From Octopus bimaculoides (lineage: Eukaryota), in contig NC_068990.1 in NCBI RefSeq assembly GCF_001194135.2, forward strand, positions 89,363,083 through 89,427,082: a stretch of DNA of 64,000 bases, written 5' to 3'. The first letter of the stretch is position 1, and every line of letters begins with the position of its first letter. The notes beneath the pieces are model-generated. The model had not been told where the DNA came from. It made no database searches and was given only the letters and a program-made list of their open reading frames with translations. This document shows, in pieces, positions 1 through 14,000 of this stretch. The translations under genes and the position numbers were made by a program.

Positions 1-725
1 TAGTTGTGAAGCAAACTTCTTAAACACACAAACAGGTCTTACACCCTACAATCATGTTTACTCCTCTACTCTTGGAGTGGTTGGTATTAGGAAGGGCATC
101 CAGCCATGCCAAATCAGACTGGAGTCTGGTGCAGGCTTCCAGCTTACCAGCCCTGGTCAAACTGTCCAACCCATGCCAACAGACACTGGTCAATAGTGGT
201 GTTGTTGGTTGCAGGTTTCAAACTGGCCAACCACCAGATCAATGTATTTCTAAGTGCAAAAGTAACAAGGGAGTGCCTGTAACTCATTGAAGAACAAATG
301 TCTTTAAAAATTTCATTTGCGAAATAGCTGTTTTTCAATGTTCTTGATGTTTTCTTGCCTTGATGATATATATTAGCAAAAAATGTACCACCCTCACAAC
401 ACACACACTTCAATTTTATGACCATTTTCCTATTTTTGAACAGGTCAGGCTGGTCCTCTCCAGCATAGTGCTTTGCTCTGAGCTGCAGTTCTTTGTTATC
501 ACCTTCATGAGATCAGTCTCTTCCACTTTGTCCCATGTCTTTCAGTCTTCATCCACTTGAAGCACTTAACACTTCTACATACAACTGGTTTATTCCATAC
601 ACATAACATGTCCATACCAGCATTATCTTCTCTCTTGACTATCCTGTCTGATTTCTTTTATATCCAATTTTCTTCTGTTAATTTGCTTCCTGCAAACCTC
701 TCACCTCGTTATTTTACCCTTTCAG

Positions 726-3336
<2,611 letters not shown>

Positions 3337-3989
3337 TAATAACTATATTGATGGTTTATAACAAATGAAAAACTTAATTTTTTTTACACAATTGTAACGA
3401 CAGATTTGTTTATTTATTTATAAATATTTGTAAATACAGTTTTTTGTTTATTTTTAAAAAAAATATATTGAACTGAATGTTTTTATTTCTTTGTTGCCTT
3501 TGCCACATTTCTATCAATAACACTTTGACTACTGTTGCCATGACCATTATTTTCTCCATCAGGCATAGGCATGACTGTGAGGTCCAAAAGTTTGGTTCCT
3601 AACCCCATGCATTCTGGTTCAGTTCCATTGCACAGCGCTTTGGGTAAATGACTTCTGCTGTAACCCTGGGCTGACCTAAGCTTTGTGAGTAGATTTGGTA
3701 GAACGGAAACTAAAAGCTCAATGAATATACACACACACGAGTTGGCAAACAAAGAAAAGTAGCACTCAACACATAGCTGGAGTTCTATTTATTAACTTGA
3801 AAATTCCATCCTACCTGTGCAAGCATGGAAAAGTGAACCTTAAGATGACGATGATGATGGTGATTATCTATACTTAGTAACAGGTTAACTTAGCCTCTTG
3901 TGTTGCTTAAAGTTTCATGGTCATGTTTTTTTCATCTCATTATAAACTTTAAGTAACATGAGGAGCTAAATCAACCTGTTATATATCAT

Positions 3990-4232
3990 CTTCATCATCA
4001 CCGACAGTCAAATGGGATCATATCAGGAAAATAGGGAGATTGATCAACCAGTTCAAAGTCACAATCACATACAGCAATCATTGAATCCAAGGACTCATGT
4101 GTAGGAGCATTTTCCAGATGAAATGAAACCCCTTTTGTCAGTTTTCCTGGGCATTTGGTCTTGATAGCCTTTTGTAATTGCCTTAGCAAATTGACATAAT
4201 ACTCTCTATTAATGGTGTGGCCCTTTTCCCCA
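3990..4232 (-). mobile_element. Mariner transposase remnant
   Basis: [30 protein letters not shown]...FELVDQSPYFPDM is a decayed form of the mariner HDNAxxH...[10 protein letters not shown] block. Confidence 0.85.
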
Positions 4233-4388
4233 CAGAATAGCTTTTGACATTAATATGGTTGCTCTTCTGTATGAATGCACATGTGTAGTGAATTGACTTC
4301 TTTTAGAAAATAACTGACAAACATCACATTGTTGTGGTTTCTCCTTTCAGAATGCATTTGATGTCCAAAGAATGTTTTAGCAGAGACA

Positions 4389-5663
4389 TTAGTGAGAAGA
4401 TTTCTGTCTTGTACGAATGCATTTGTGTTTATTTAACTGGCTTGACTGAGCAAATGATCTACTGCAGATATTACAGTGAAATGGCTTCTCTCCTGTATGA
4501 ATACGTATGTGTTTAATTAGGTGTTGATTTAGTGAGAATGATTTGCCACAGATATCACAGTGATACGGCTTCTCTCCAGTATGAATGCGTTTGTGTTTAG
4601 TTAAACCACTACTCCCTGATAATGTTTTACCACAGATATCACACTGATACGGCTTTTCTCCTGTATGAATGTATCTGTGTTCAGTTAAATGATCATTTCG
4701 AGCGAATGACTCACTACAAATGTCACAGTGATACGGCTTCTCTCCTGTATGAATGCGTTTGTGTATAGTTAAGCTGCTTGATACCGTAAATGATTTACCA
4801 CAGATATCACAGTGATATGGTTTCTCTCCTGTATGAGTCCGTTTATGTTCACTTAACTGATCACTCCGAGAGACTGATTTACCACAGATATCACACTGAT
4901 ATGGGTATACTCCTGTATGAATACGTTTATGTATAGTTACTTGACCAACTTGAGAGAATGATCTGCCACAGATATCACAGTGATATGGCTTCAGTCCTGT
5001 ATGAATATACTTGTGGGAAGTTAAGGTACTTCCATGAGAGAATGATTTGCCACAAATATCACAGTGATATGGCTTCTCTCCTGTATGAATACGTTTATGA
5101 ATATTTAAGACACCTTTTTCAGAGAATGTTTTACCACAGATATCACAGTGATATGGTTTTTCTCCTGTATGAATGCGTTTGTGTATAGCTAAACGAATAC
5201 TTTGTGAGAATGATAAACCACAGATATCACAGTGATATGGTTTTTCTCCTGTATGAATACGTTTGTGAATAGTTAAGGTGCTTCCACAAGAGAATGATTT
5301 ACCACAGACGTCACAGTGATATGGTTTCTCTCCTGTATGAACACGTTTGTGTTTGGTCAAGCTATCACTTCGAGAGAATGACTTACCACAGGTATCACAG
5401 TTGTGTGGTTTCCCAACTTTATGAGTACGTTTGTGTCGAGTTAAATAATTCATTTGAGAGTATGATTTGCTGCAAATGTCACAACGATATATTCTTTCTC
5501 CTACATGAATACATTTGTGAGTGGTGGGGTTACCTCTTTCAGAGAACGGTATTTTGCATATATCACAGTGGTAAGATGTTATTCCTATCTCTTTCAGCTT
5601 ATCAGGAATATTTTTAGACTCTGTTTTAAGTTCAATTTGGTTCTCACACAATTCATTTTCCAT
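4389..5663 (-). CDS. C2H2 (Kruppel-type) zinc-finger protein, single coding exon, about 424 aa, 13 canonical fingers plus 1 degenerate, no KRAB/SCAN
   Basis: Tandem CDICGKSF...[11 protein letters not shown] units. The ORF-track start at 5726 is TTG; the first ATG is at 5663 (MENELCENQ...). Typical of the expanded octopus C2H2 family. Confidence 0.95.
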   Translation of the reverse strand: MENELCENQIELKTESKNIPDKLKEIGITSYHCDICKIPFSERGNPTTHKCIHVGERIYRCDICSKSYSQMNYLTRHKRTHKVGKPHNCDTCGKSFSRSDSLTKHKRVHTGEKPYHCDVCGKSFSCGSTLTIHKRIHTGEKPYHCDICGLSFSQSIRLAIHKRIHTGEKPYHCDICGKTFSEKGVLNIHKRIHTGEKPYHCDICGKSFSHGSTLTSHKYIHTGLKPYHCDICGRSFSQVGQVTIHKRIHTGVYPYQCDICGKSVSRSDQLSEHKRTHTGEKPYHCDICGKSFTVSSSLTIHKRIHTGEKPYHCDICSESFARNDHLTEHRYIHTGEKPYQCDICGKTLSGSSGLTKHKRIHTGEKPYHCDICGKSFSLNQHLIKHIRIHTGEKPFHCNICSRSFAQSSQLNKHKCIRTRQKSSH

Positions 5664-8600
5664 AATTCTTCTGCTCTTATCACAATATTTAGAAGTTTTG
5701 GTTTTTTTATATTTTATTTCCAACAAATCATTCTTCTGCTATGATTCCATCTGGAATGCAGCAAATTCTTTTGTTTGGCAAAATATAATTAGAATGCAAA
5801 ATCATCTTGCACATATTCCACACAGTGGAGTAGAGAAATTTTGCTATTAATCTCAATCCAAGAGAAATATTTCACAATAATTCTACCATAGATTTATATA
5901 AATATGTTTATATTTGTTTTGTATAACATTTTCATTTGGTCTTTAACAAATGAGAATAAAGGATGCAGTTGAAGCAAAGAATTCTTTCATCTGAATGTCA
6001 TTCAACAGTCTGAAATAGAGAAACATTATAAAATACAGAAAATACTTAGAAAAGTGGAAATTTTACATCTCTAAACTGATAAGATACCTTCACCAAACAA
6101 CTGATTTATAACTAACTAAAAAATTACATCACACTTTTTTTTAGTTCCGTTTTCTATGCAGGCACAAGGGACTGGCAAGCCAGGAGGCTGCACCAGGCTC
6201 CAATCTGATCTGGCAATGTTTCTACAGTTGGATGCCCTTCCTAACACCAACCACTCTGAGAGTGTAGTGGGTGCTTCTTACATGCCACTGGCATGGGAGC
6301 TAGTCAAGCAGCACTAGCATCGGCCATGTTTGGATGATGCTTTTTACATGCTACCGGCACAGGAGCCAGTCGGGGCAGGGGAGCTGGAATTGACTGCCAT
6401 CCGGAGTGGGGGTGGGGGCATCGACCAACCAACTTTGTGTAATGTCAACACATTTGTTGAATACAAGATATACTTTCAGATCATGTTAATATCATTATAT
6501 GTTAAACTCTAAAATATTGGATGATAACATTCTTTACTGTTGTTTAACTCCTTGTCAACTCTGACAGAAAAGACTTATAATAAAAGAAGCCTTCCTGCCA
6601 TGACCATCTTGTCTATCTCTGAGATATGGAATATCTAGACGTTAAGGTGTAATTCAAAGTAGATTTAGCTGCTATTTCTTACAAGTCCAGTGACCATGTA
6701 GAAACTCCATCATTGGCTCATTCTTGTTTAGACCTAGGCTAGTCTCAGCTGAATAACCTTATGACCAAATGTCGGTTGTTTTCAAGGATGCTACAAATTT
6801 CTAAGAGATTAATCTAAAAGAACATTATATTGATGAATGACGAAAAAATGATTGAATGAATGAAGTAAAATATTAAAAAAAGTACATTATATAAATCTCC
6901 TTCAGTGAATGACAACTGAATTTGTAAAAAATGACTCGATTTCTATCCTTCATTACCTCATAATTGTTGCAGCTCATTCACAATAATTTTATTGTAGGTG
7001 TATTTTATGAATATACATCAGATGTATAATTGATCAACTTTGATTAAGTGATTAGACATACGACATATGAAAGTGGAGGAGTCAATAAAATATGGTCTGT
7101 CGTAGCAAAAAATTACTGCAATATGTATCCAAATGTGTATATGTGAGCGTATACACACACACAGATAGATAGATAGATAGAGCTGCTGTAACAGGTAAAA
7201 GACATACTTAAAGTTTGTAAGAGAGCATTATGAAGTCATAAGAAGGGAAACTAGACATCAGGTATAATTAGCTGCAGATTCTGCAACATGAGGATCTGAG
7301 ACATCAGGTGTACAAGATTGCAACACTGTGTTAGAAAGAACTGAAATCACACAAGAGAAGTGCTATTATGAAATGTGAAGAATGAATAGAACAAAGAAGG
7401 GCGACCTCAGTGCAGGAAAACATGGCACAAATGATAGTTCAGCATCTCATGTTCACTCTACAGATGGACTAGCAACTGTGCAGACTACAGGTCCATCAGA
7501 GATAGTTGCTTTATCTGAGATGTTTGAAGTATCTGGCATGGTAATACATGATAGTCACACCCAGTGACAAGCATAGCAGTGTCACTGAAAACTGCTACGA
7601 TTTGTAGGGTAGGTGTAAGGGGCCAGTTTGAACGTAAAACAGGTAGAACATTTGCACTGGATAAGGCCAGTTTAAATTTTGTTTGATAATGAAGATTCAG
7701 TTGTTCACTCAAGTGGAATACCTGCTCATTGAATTAGCATTGATGTGGTTGAATATTTCACAAGCCTTAATATAATTCTCAGGTACAATCAATATGACAA
7801 GGCTGTACTGGTCCATCCACCAGGCTTCCACACAGTTTCTGTCTAACAAAGTTCGCTCACAAAGGTAAAAGACACTCTGTACAGAGGAGGGTGTGTGATC
7901 AAGAAGTTTGCTTTTCAACTATTTGGTTTCTGGTTCGATCCTATTACACTGCACAGTGGGCATCTATTATAGCCTCAGACCGACCAAAGCCTTCTGAATG
8001 CTTTTCGTAAATGGAAACTAAAGGAAGCCCGTCGTATACACACACATATATGCATATGTGTGTGGTTGTGTTTCTTTGTCTTAACATCGCATGATAGTTA
8101 ACAAACGACATCGTTATACATGTAATGCGGCAACAGGAGGGACATCCAGCTATAGAAATTCTTCTTCAACGAATGCCGTCCGACACATACGAACACAGAA
8201 AAGTGGACGTTAAAACAATGAAGTGCAGAAGATAAACATGTCGTGAGATCCAATCCGCAGTCTAGTGATTATGAAGAGAACTGCTTTATCATTCGGCCAT
8301 GCTGCGTCATAAAATGATTTCAAATTTTAGCAGAAGTATAGCAATTTTGAGGGGAGCTTAATCGAAGCCTTCGATCCCAATAATCGACAGATACTTTATT
8401 TTATCGACCCTGGAGGGAAAAATGGAAAAGTTGATCCCGACAGAATCTGAACTCAGAACGTAATGAATTCGGAATATCGCTATGCATAAAATACTTAACA
8501 GAGAAAATATCAAACTGTTTTCCTTCCTTTTACATACACAAGGATATATTTGTTTCACATATTCAAAATGAAATGAAATTTAATTTTGAAACGTGGGGTA

Positions 8601-8789
8601 ATACTTGTATTTACATACGACAATATTTATACTCCACTGTCTAAACACTGAATGGAAATGTGATGAGGGGCAACAACTACAAAAGGGCCTCCACGCCTTG
8701 GTTAAATCTGTTGGTAAAGTTTTACCATCTGTTTGAGTTATTTCGTAAAGCGAGCTTGAGAATATAATATTGTCTGACGAGCAAGAACT

Positions 8790-8960
8790 AAATATTTTTA
8801 CCTACAGATGCTGACAGACTTTTATTTATTTTAAAATATATGTTATAAAACTTACTTGTTCTAGCATAAAAGTGTTTAACGGTGAAACATGCTTCTATAA
8901 ACATCAAATATTCGACTCTCAACACAAGATGGCAAAAGCGGAAACGGAAATAATGTAACT
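8790..8960 (-). promoter_or_regulatory. Probable promoter and non-coding first exon of the ZNF gene
   Basis: On the minus strand, tandem ETS-like TTCCGTTTCCG and YY1-like GCCATCTT motifs near 8925-8950, a donor CTGTAG|GTAAAA near 8800, and a polypyrimidine acceptor TTTCTCTATTTCAG at about 6010 upstream of the CDS. Not confirmed by transcript data. Confidence 0.5.
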
Positions 8961-11067
8961 TCTCTAATAAATAAAACCACAAAACATGTCACGGGGGAGG
9001 GAGGGAGGACAAACGAAACAATAAAATAAATCTTGAAAAAAAAATCAATAAAATAATAAAATATACTACAATAATATATTTTGATTTAGATCACCATGGT
9101 TACCATCTGGTGATAATAACCTAGTTTTCAAAAGTATCGTTACAGGTTATTTTAGGCTTGTTATATGTCTATCAACTACTTTTGTTATAGTGATGGTGAC
9201 AGGTGTAGTGGGGATCAGATAGAGGTAGGGACGATGGTGGTGGTGATTATATTCCATCAACGCCTTGATGGTTTTTAATAAGCAGTCCGGCTATAAGGGT
9301 GTTGTACAGACCTAGGTTAACCCTGACGGAACAGGTGCCGGTGACGGTGGTCATCATGGCTGTAGACATTAATGTTTGAAGATGTTGGTGGAGGTGATTG
9401 CGTTATCCCCTGTAGTCCTATTGCATGCAGATACTCGGACAAATGACGAGGCTGGACCCACTTGGTCCTCTTCGGGGAGGGGGGGGAACTGTTGTTACTC
9501 CTCGGCACTTAATGGTGGTGGCGTGGAACCCAACATGGGGTTGGAGACTTGTGAGGTTATTGATGTTGCTAATATTTCTGTTTGTATCAATTTTCTCCAT
9601 ATTGCAATACGCCTGTCTGGAGAATTGGTACCTACCGTCTGCACATTACAACACACTTTCATCACCTTTTTTTTTCAGATGCCAATATCAAGGTCACTAT
9701 TCTGCATAAATTGGAATATATAATGTTCAGCTGACCTTTCATTTCATTTACATTGGATGGAAATTACATTATCACATTTTACAAAACATATTCCATTCAG
9801 TTTCTTCGTCTAATTATCCTCCTCCTCCTCATCATCATCTTTTGGCGTTCACCTTCCATGCTGGTATGGGTTGGTTGGTTTAACAGGATCATATGGGTCC
9901 AACATCTGCATCATGCTCCAATGTCTGCTTTGGTATGGTTTCTAAGACTGGATGCCCTTCCGAACACTAAGCATTTTACAGAACATACTAGGTGCTTTTT
10001 TTTTTGTGACCCCAGTACTACATGCATCTCACAAGAATTAGACCCCTTTCAACTGAGTGGGGCTACAGTAGAGGGAAGTAGCTTTATGCTAGGAGATGAG
10101 GGGTTAAAGTGTGAGAGAAGATGCCAAATCAGAAATGGTTTCTTTATAGTAAAGGAAGGAGTTACATGACTGCTGACATCATAGAAGGGTGGATGAGAGG
10201 TAATCAGGGTGGAGTTGGGAAGGGAGATAGAAAATTGTGATGAAGAGTTGTCAGGGAGAGCCCACAAGATGAAGTGAGTAGGGACAGAGGAACAGGAAGT
10301 GTGAGTGTATAAAGGTTGCAAGGGTGTATAGGGAGAGTGAGGGATGGTTGGAAATGGGTTGGGGTGAGGGTTTATAATGACTTATAAACAAGGATCTAGG
10401 GGTAATAAATATACATCAGAGGGAGGGAAGGTAGGGAAATGTAGGTGATGACTAGAGATTTGCCAATTTGTTATCATTCATCAATCAAGTTTCTCTGCCA
10501 TTCAGTATCATTCTGTTTGTCCTTTACATAGCTGTCCCTAAATGTATTCCACTCCTTTATCCTTCTGACTTTGATGTTTTTAACACAACTTGGCTGCAAA
10601 TTAGCAGAAACATTAGAGCTTAAGACAAAATCATTTGCAAGATTTGTTCTGGCCCTTTGCACCCTGATTTCATATCCTGTTGCAGGTAACTTTGCTTTTC
10701 ATCATTTGAAGATCAATCGTATTAGCTACCAATCTAGAGCAGTGAATCATTAGCAGAATATAGCATGAGACAACACAGGTTGTAGTATTTGCTGTGGCTC
10801 TTTGTGTTCTGAATTCTTGGATGGTAGACTTAATCCATTGCCCCTGTTACTTGGTTGCCTTTAGTGAGGTTCACTTTGTTACAAGTAGTCGGAGCAGGAC
10901 TCTCAGTTTGAGGATTACTTTCTCTCTTCTAGTCATTGGTTGTAGAGAACCAGGATACAAAAAAATTGGGGCTTGGACACTGCCTTTCTCCATTAACAAA
11001 GTAGTTAAAAAATAAACACTTTTATCAATAATTAAATTGCCTTAGTAGGAGAAACTAATGATAACTT

Positions 11068-14000
11068 CTAGTGAGTATCTGACATAGTCTTCATTCTCTT
11101 AATTATAGCCTTTGATCTCATGATATCAGCCTTTGTACCTAGTTGAAAAAAACCCAACAACTTAAGGTCTACTGGAAATTATCTTTTTTATGAACATTTC
11201 TGGAATTTAATGTTTATGAAGAAAAAAGTGGTGACCTGGCACAAGTGCTAGCATGCTGGTCAAAGTGTTTAATGGCACTTCATTTATCTTTACACTCTGA
11301 GTTCAAATTCAATCAAGGTTGACTTTGGCTTTCATCCTTTTGGGGTCAATAAAATAAGTATCAATTAAACACTGGGGTCAATATAATCAACTATTCCCTC
11401 CCCCAAAATTGTTGGCCTTGTGCCAAAATTTGAAACCAGTATTTATGGAAAAGACATAAATAAGAGCAAAACAGCAACAACAAAAATTCTACATGGTTTT
11501 ACTTTTTATATGTAACTTTACATGTGGCAAGATTAGACCAATCTAAATGGTATTTTTCAAATGATATTTTAGCAGAGGTGTAATAAGATTTATTATTAAC
11601 TTTCTCTTTTGATTTATCTAAGTAGTTTTCGCTTTTTATGGTGGGTACTTCTATTTTGTTGAAATGTTTACCTGGAAAACAAAACATAAAAAAAAAGCAA
11701 GTAAGAAAGAAAAGATAAAAAGAAGAAAACAAAGCTAATTCAATGTGAACGATATACAAAGCATTGTAATTTATTATTACCTACGCCTTACTGAAGGTGG
11801 AGGTATTGTTTCAGTTGCGTTTGTTTGTTTGTCTGTCCGTGGACAAGGTATCTCAAGAACCGCTGGATGGATTTGGATGAAACTTTCAGGGATGTTTGGC
11901 CTTGTAACTGGCATGAACTGATTAGATTTTCAGATTGATCTGGAACCAGACAAAGATTCTGGATTATTTTTCCTGTTTTTTTACTTAATGTTTGAGAGCA
12001 GTCAGGTTCATTTTTAGTATTCTCGTTTGTGAGAACAGTCGAGTTTATTTCAGATATTCTCATTTTAAAAATCATCTCTGGCTAATCGTTGAGAGGATGT
12101 TGGTGTTGCCTTGGCAGAGGTTTGCACTCTCTGAGTGCTCTTGTTTAAAATTTCATTAGATTTCACTCATCCCTCCCTTTCCAAATGCCAATGATAGTAG
12201 CTAAAGGCTATTTATTCAAACATAGACATGCATATGTACAAGCATAGGCACAGGACACATATGCATAAACATGAACTCATTTACATAGTCTTACAAGAAT
12301 TTTTAGTTGAATGGATCAATCCCAGGACTTATTTTCTTTCTTCTCTTTTTTGGAAGCCTAGTACTTCATTTCTCAGTCTCTTTTGCCGAACAGCTTCGTT
12401 ATGGGGATGTAAGCACACCAGTTGTTGAGCAGCAGTGGGCAACAAACACACACACAAACACACACCACACACACACTCAGAGATTTTCATGGAGGTAATG
12501 ACAAGTGATTGAGACCTTTGTTGTTTTGCTGTGCTTGAGAAGACACATCAAGCCAAGTGAACTTGTAGTCGTGGCCAGCGCTAGTGACACATAAAAGGCA
12601 CCCATGCCACTGACATGCAAAAAACACCTACTACACTCTAGGAGTGGTTGGTGTTAGGAAGAGCATCCAGCCATTGAAACCAAGCCAAATCAGAAACCAA
12701 TGTCAGCATGGAAAACAGATGCTAAATGGTGATGATATGTGTTTTTGTGTGATGGGCTTCTTTCAGTTTCCATCAATCAAATCCACTCTAAAGGCTTTGG
12801 TTGGCCCAAGTCTATGGTAGAAGACACTTCCCCAAGGTGCCACACAGTGGAACTGAACCTGGAACCATGTGGTTGGGAAGCAAACTTCTTACCACATGTA
12901 TATTTATTTATTCATAACCCATGCTGTGTAAGTACTGGAATAATAACTGACAGGCTGTACAGTTCACTTGAATGGGTCACGAAAATGACACCTTATGTCT
13001 CATATATGCATGGAACAACTGCACAAAAAAAAAAAGAAAAGAAAAAACAAAAAAAAACACTAGCTGATACTAGCTTAGGTCATGAAGAAATGAAGAAATG
13101 AAGAACACGGTCTTGTTAAATGGGTTTGAACTCACAACTCTCACATTAAAACTGATGATCTACCAATTGAACCGTGTTCTATCTTTAGTTTACTCCTTAA
13201 ATGCAACAGAAATTATCAAGATTTTTGCTGCTCACCTTCAATTGTCTGACTATTCATCACGCAGTCAGTAGCAATTTGTTTGTAAGCATGGGGCAGGTAT
13301 AAAAGCATCTGTTTCGCAGAAGAGTTTACGGCATTCTCCAAAACAGGGTTTGAAAGTAGGTTCTGCAATAACAAACAGCAAAGCATTGAATGAAAATTTT
13401 AAGTTAGATTCTCTGAAAAATTTGCTTGCCATTCAACCTGCAAATTCATAAACCATAACTGGGTCTTCTGGCTGTTTACCAAAATAGTCTCTCCCATTCT
13501 TTTCCCAATCACCTTAGTCACCACTCTTCAATCAAGGAAATTCAATAAACAACACTTCCACTGACAAACTCTTTGCATTTGCAATCTGTACTCAACAAAA
13601 TTGGCTCATTTGTAGGTAGTTGTTGGAAGACATGTAGAGTGATGGAAAAGAGTTTGTCACTTTAGTGTAGTTAGGTTGGTGTTTCACCACACTGAATTCT
13701 CATCCACTCATGGCTATTTTAAAACCCAAAATCATTCAAATAAGGACATTCATTCATGAGATTCTAGCTCCACTCTGTGTGGTATAAACTGACCTCATAT
13801 CAAATCAAATGAAACCATTATGGCTTTGGGTTCAATCCCCATCTGAAACCAGCCATGGAAGCCACCAAATTAAAAAAAAAGGGTCGCATCTACTACACTT
13901 TCTTCTCTGACCAACTTATTTAAATAAAAGGAAAATATGAAATGAGACACATTACTTGAACATATAAAAGGATGTTTAAAACGTAGAGTCCCTTCTTTTC

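Noticed and set aside
5664-5726. N-terminal 21 residues of the 445-aa ORF
   Set aside because: Starts at TTG; the first ATG is at 5663.
4334-5744. Plus-strand ORFs such as [10 protein letters not shown]...
   Set aside because: Antisense shadows of the repetitive zinc-finger CDS.
9317-9723. GC-richer segment with overlapping ORFs and a possible minus-strand acceptor at 9639
   Set aside because: No recognisable homology in any frame; the link to the UBE2U-like gene cannot be supported.
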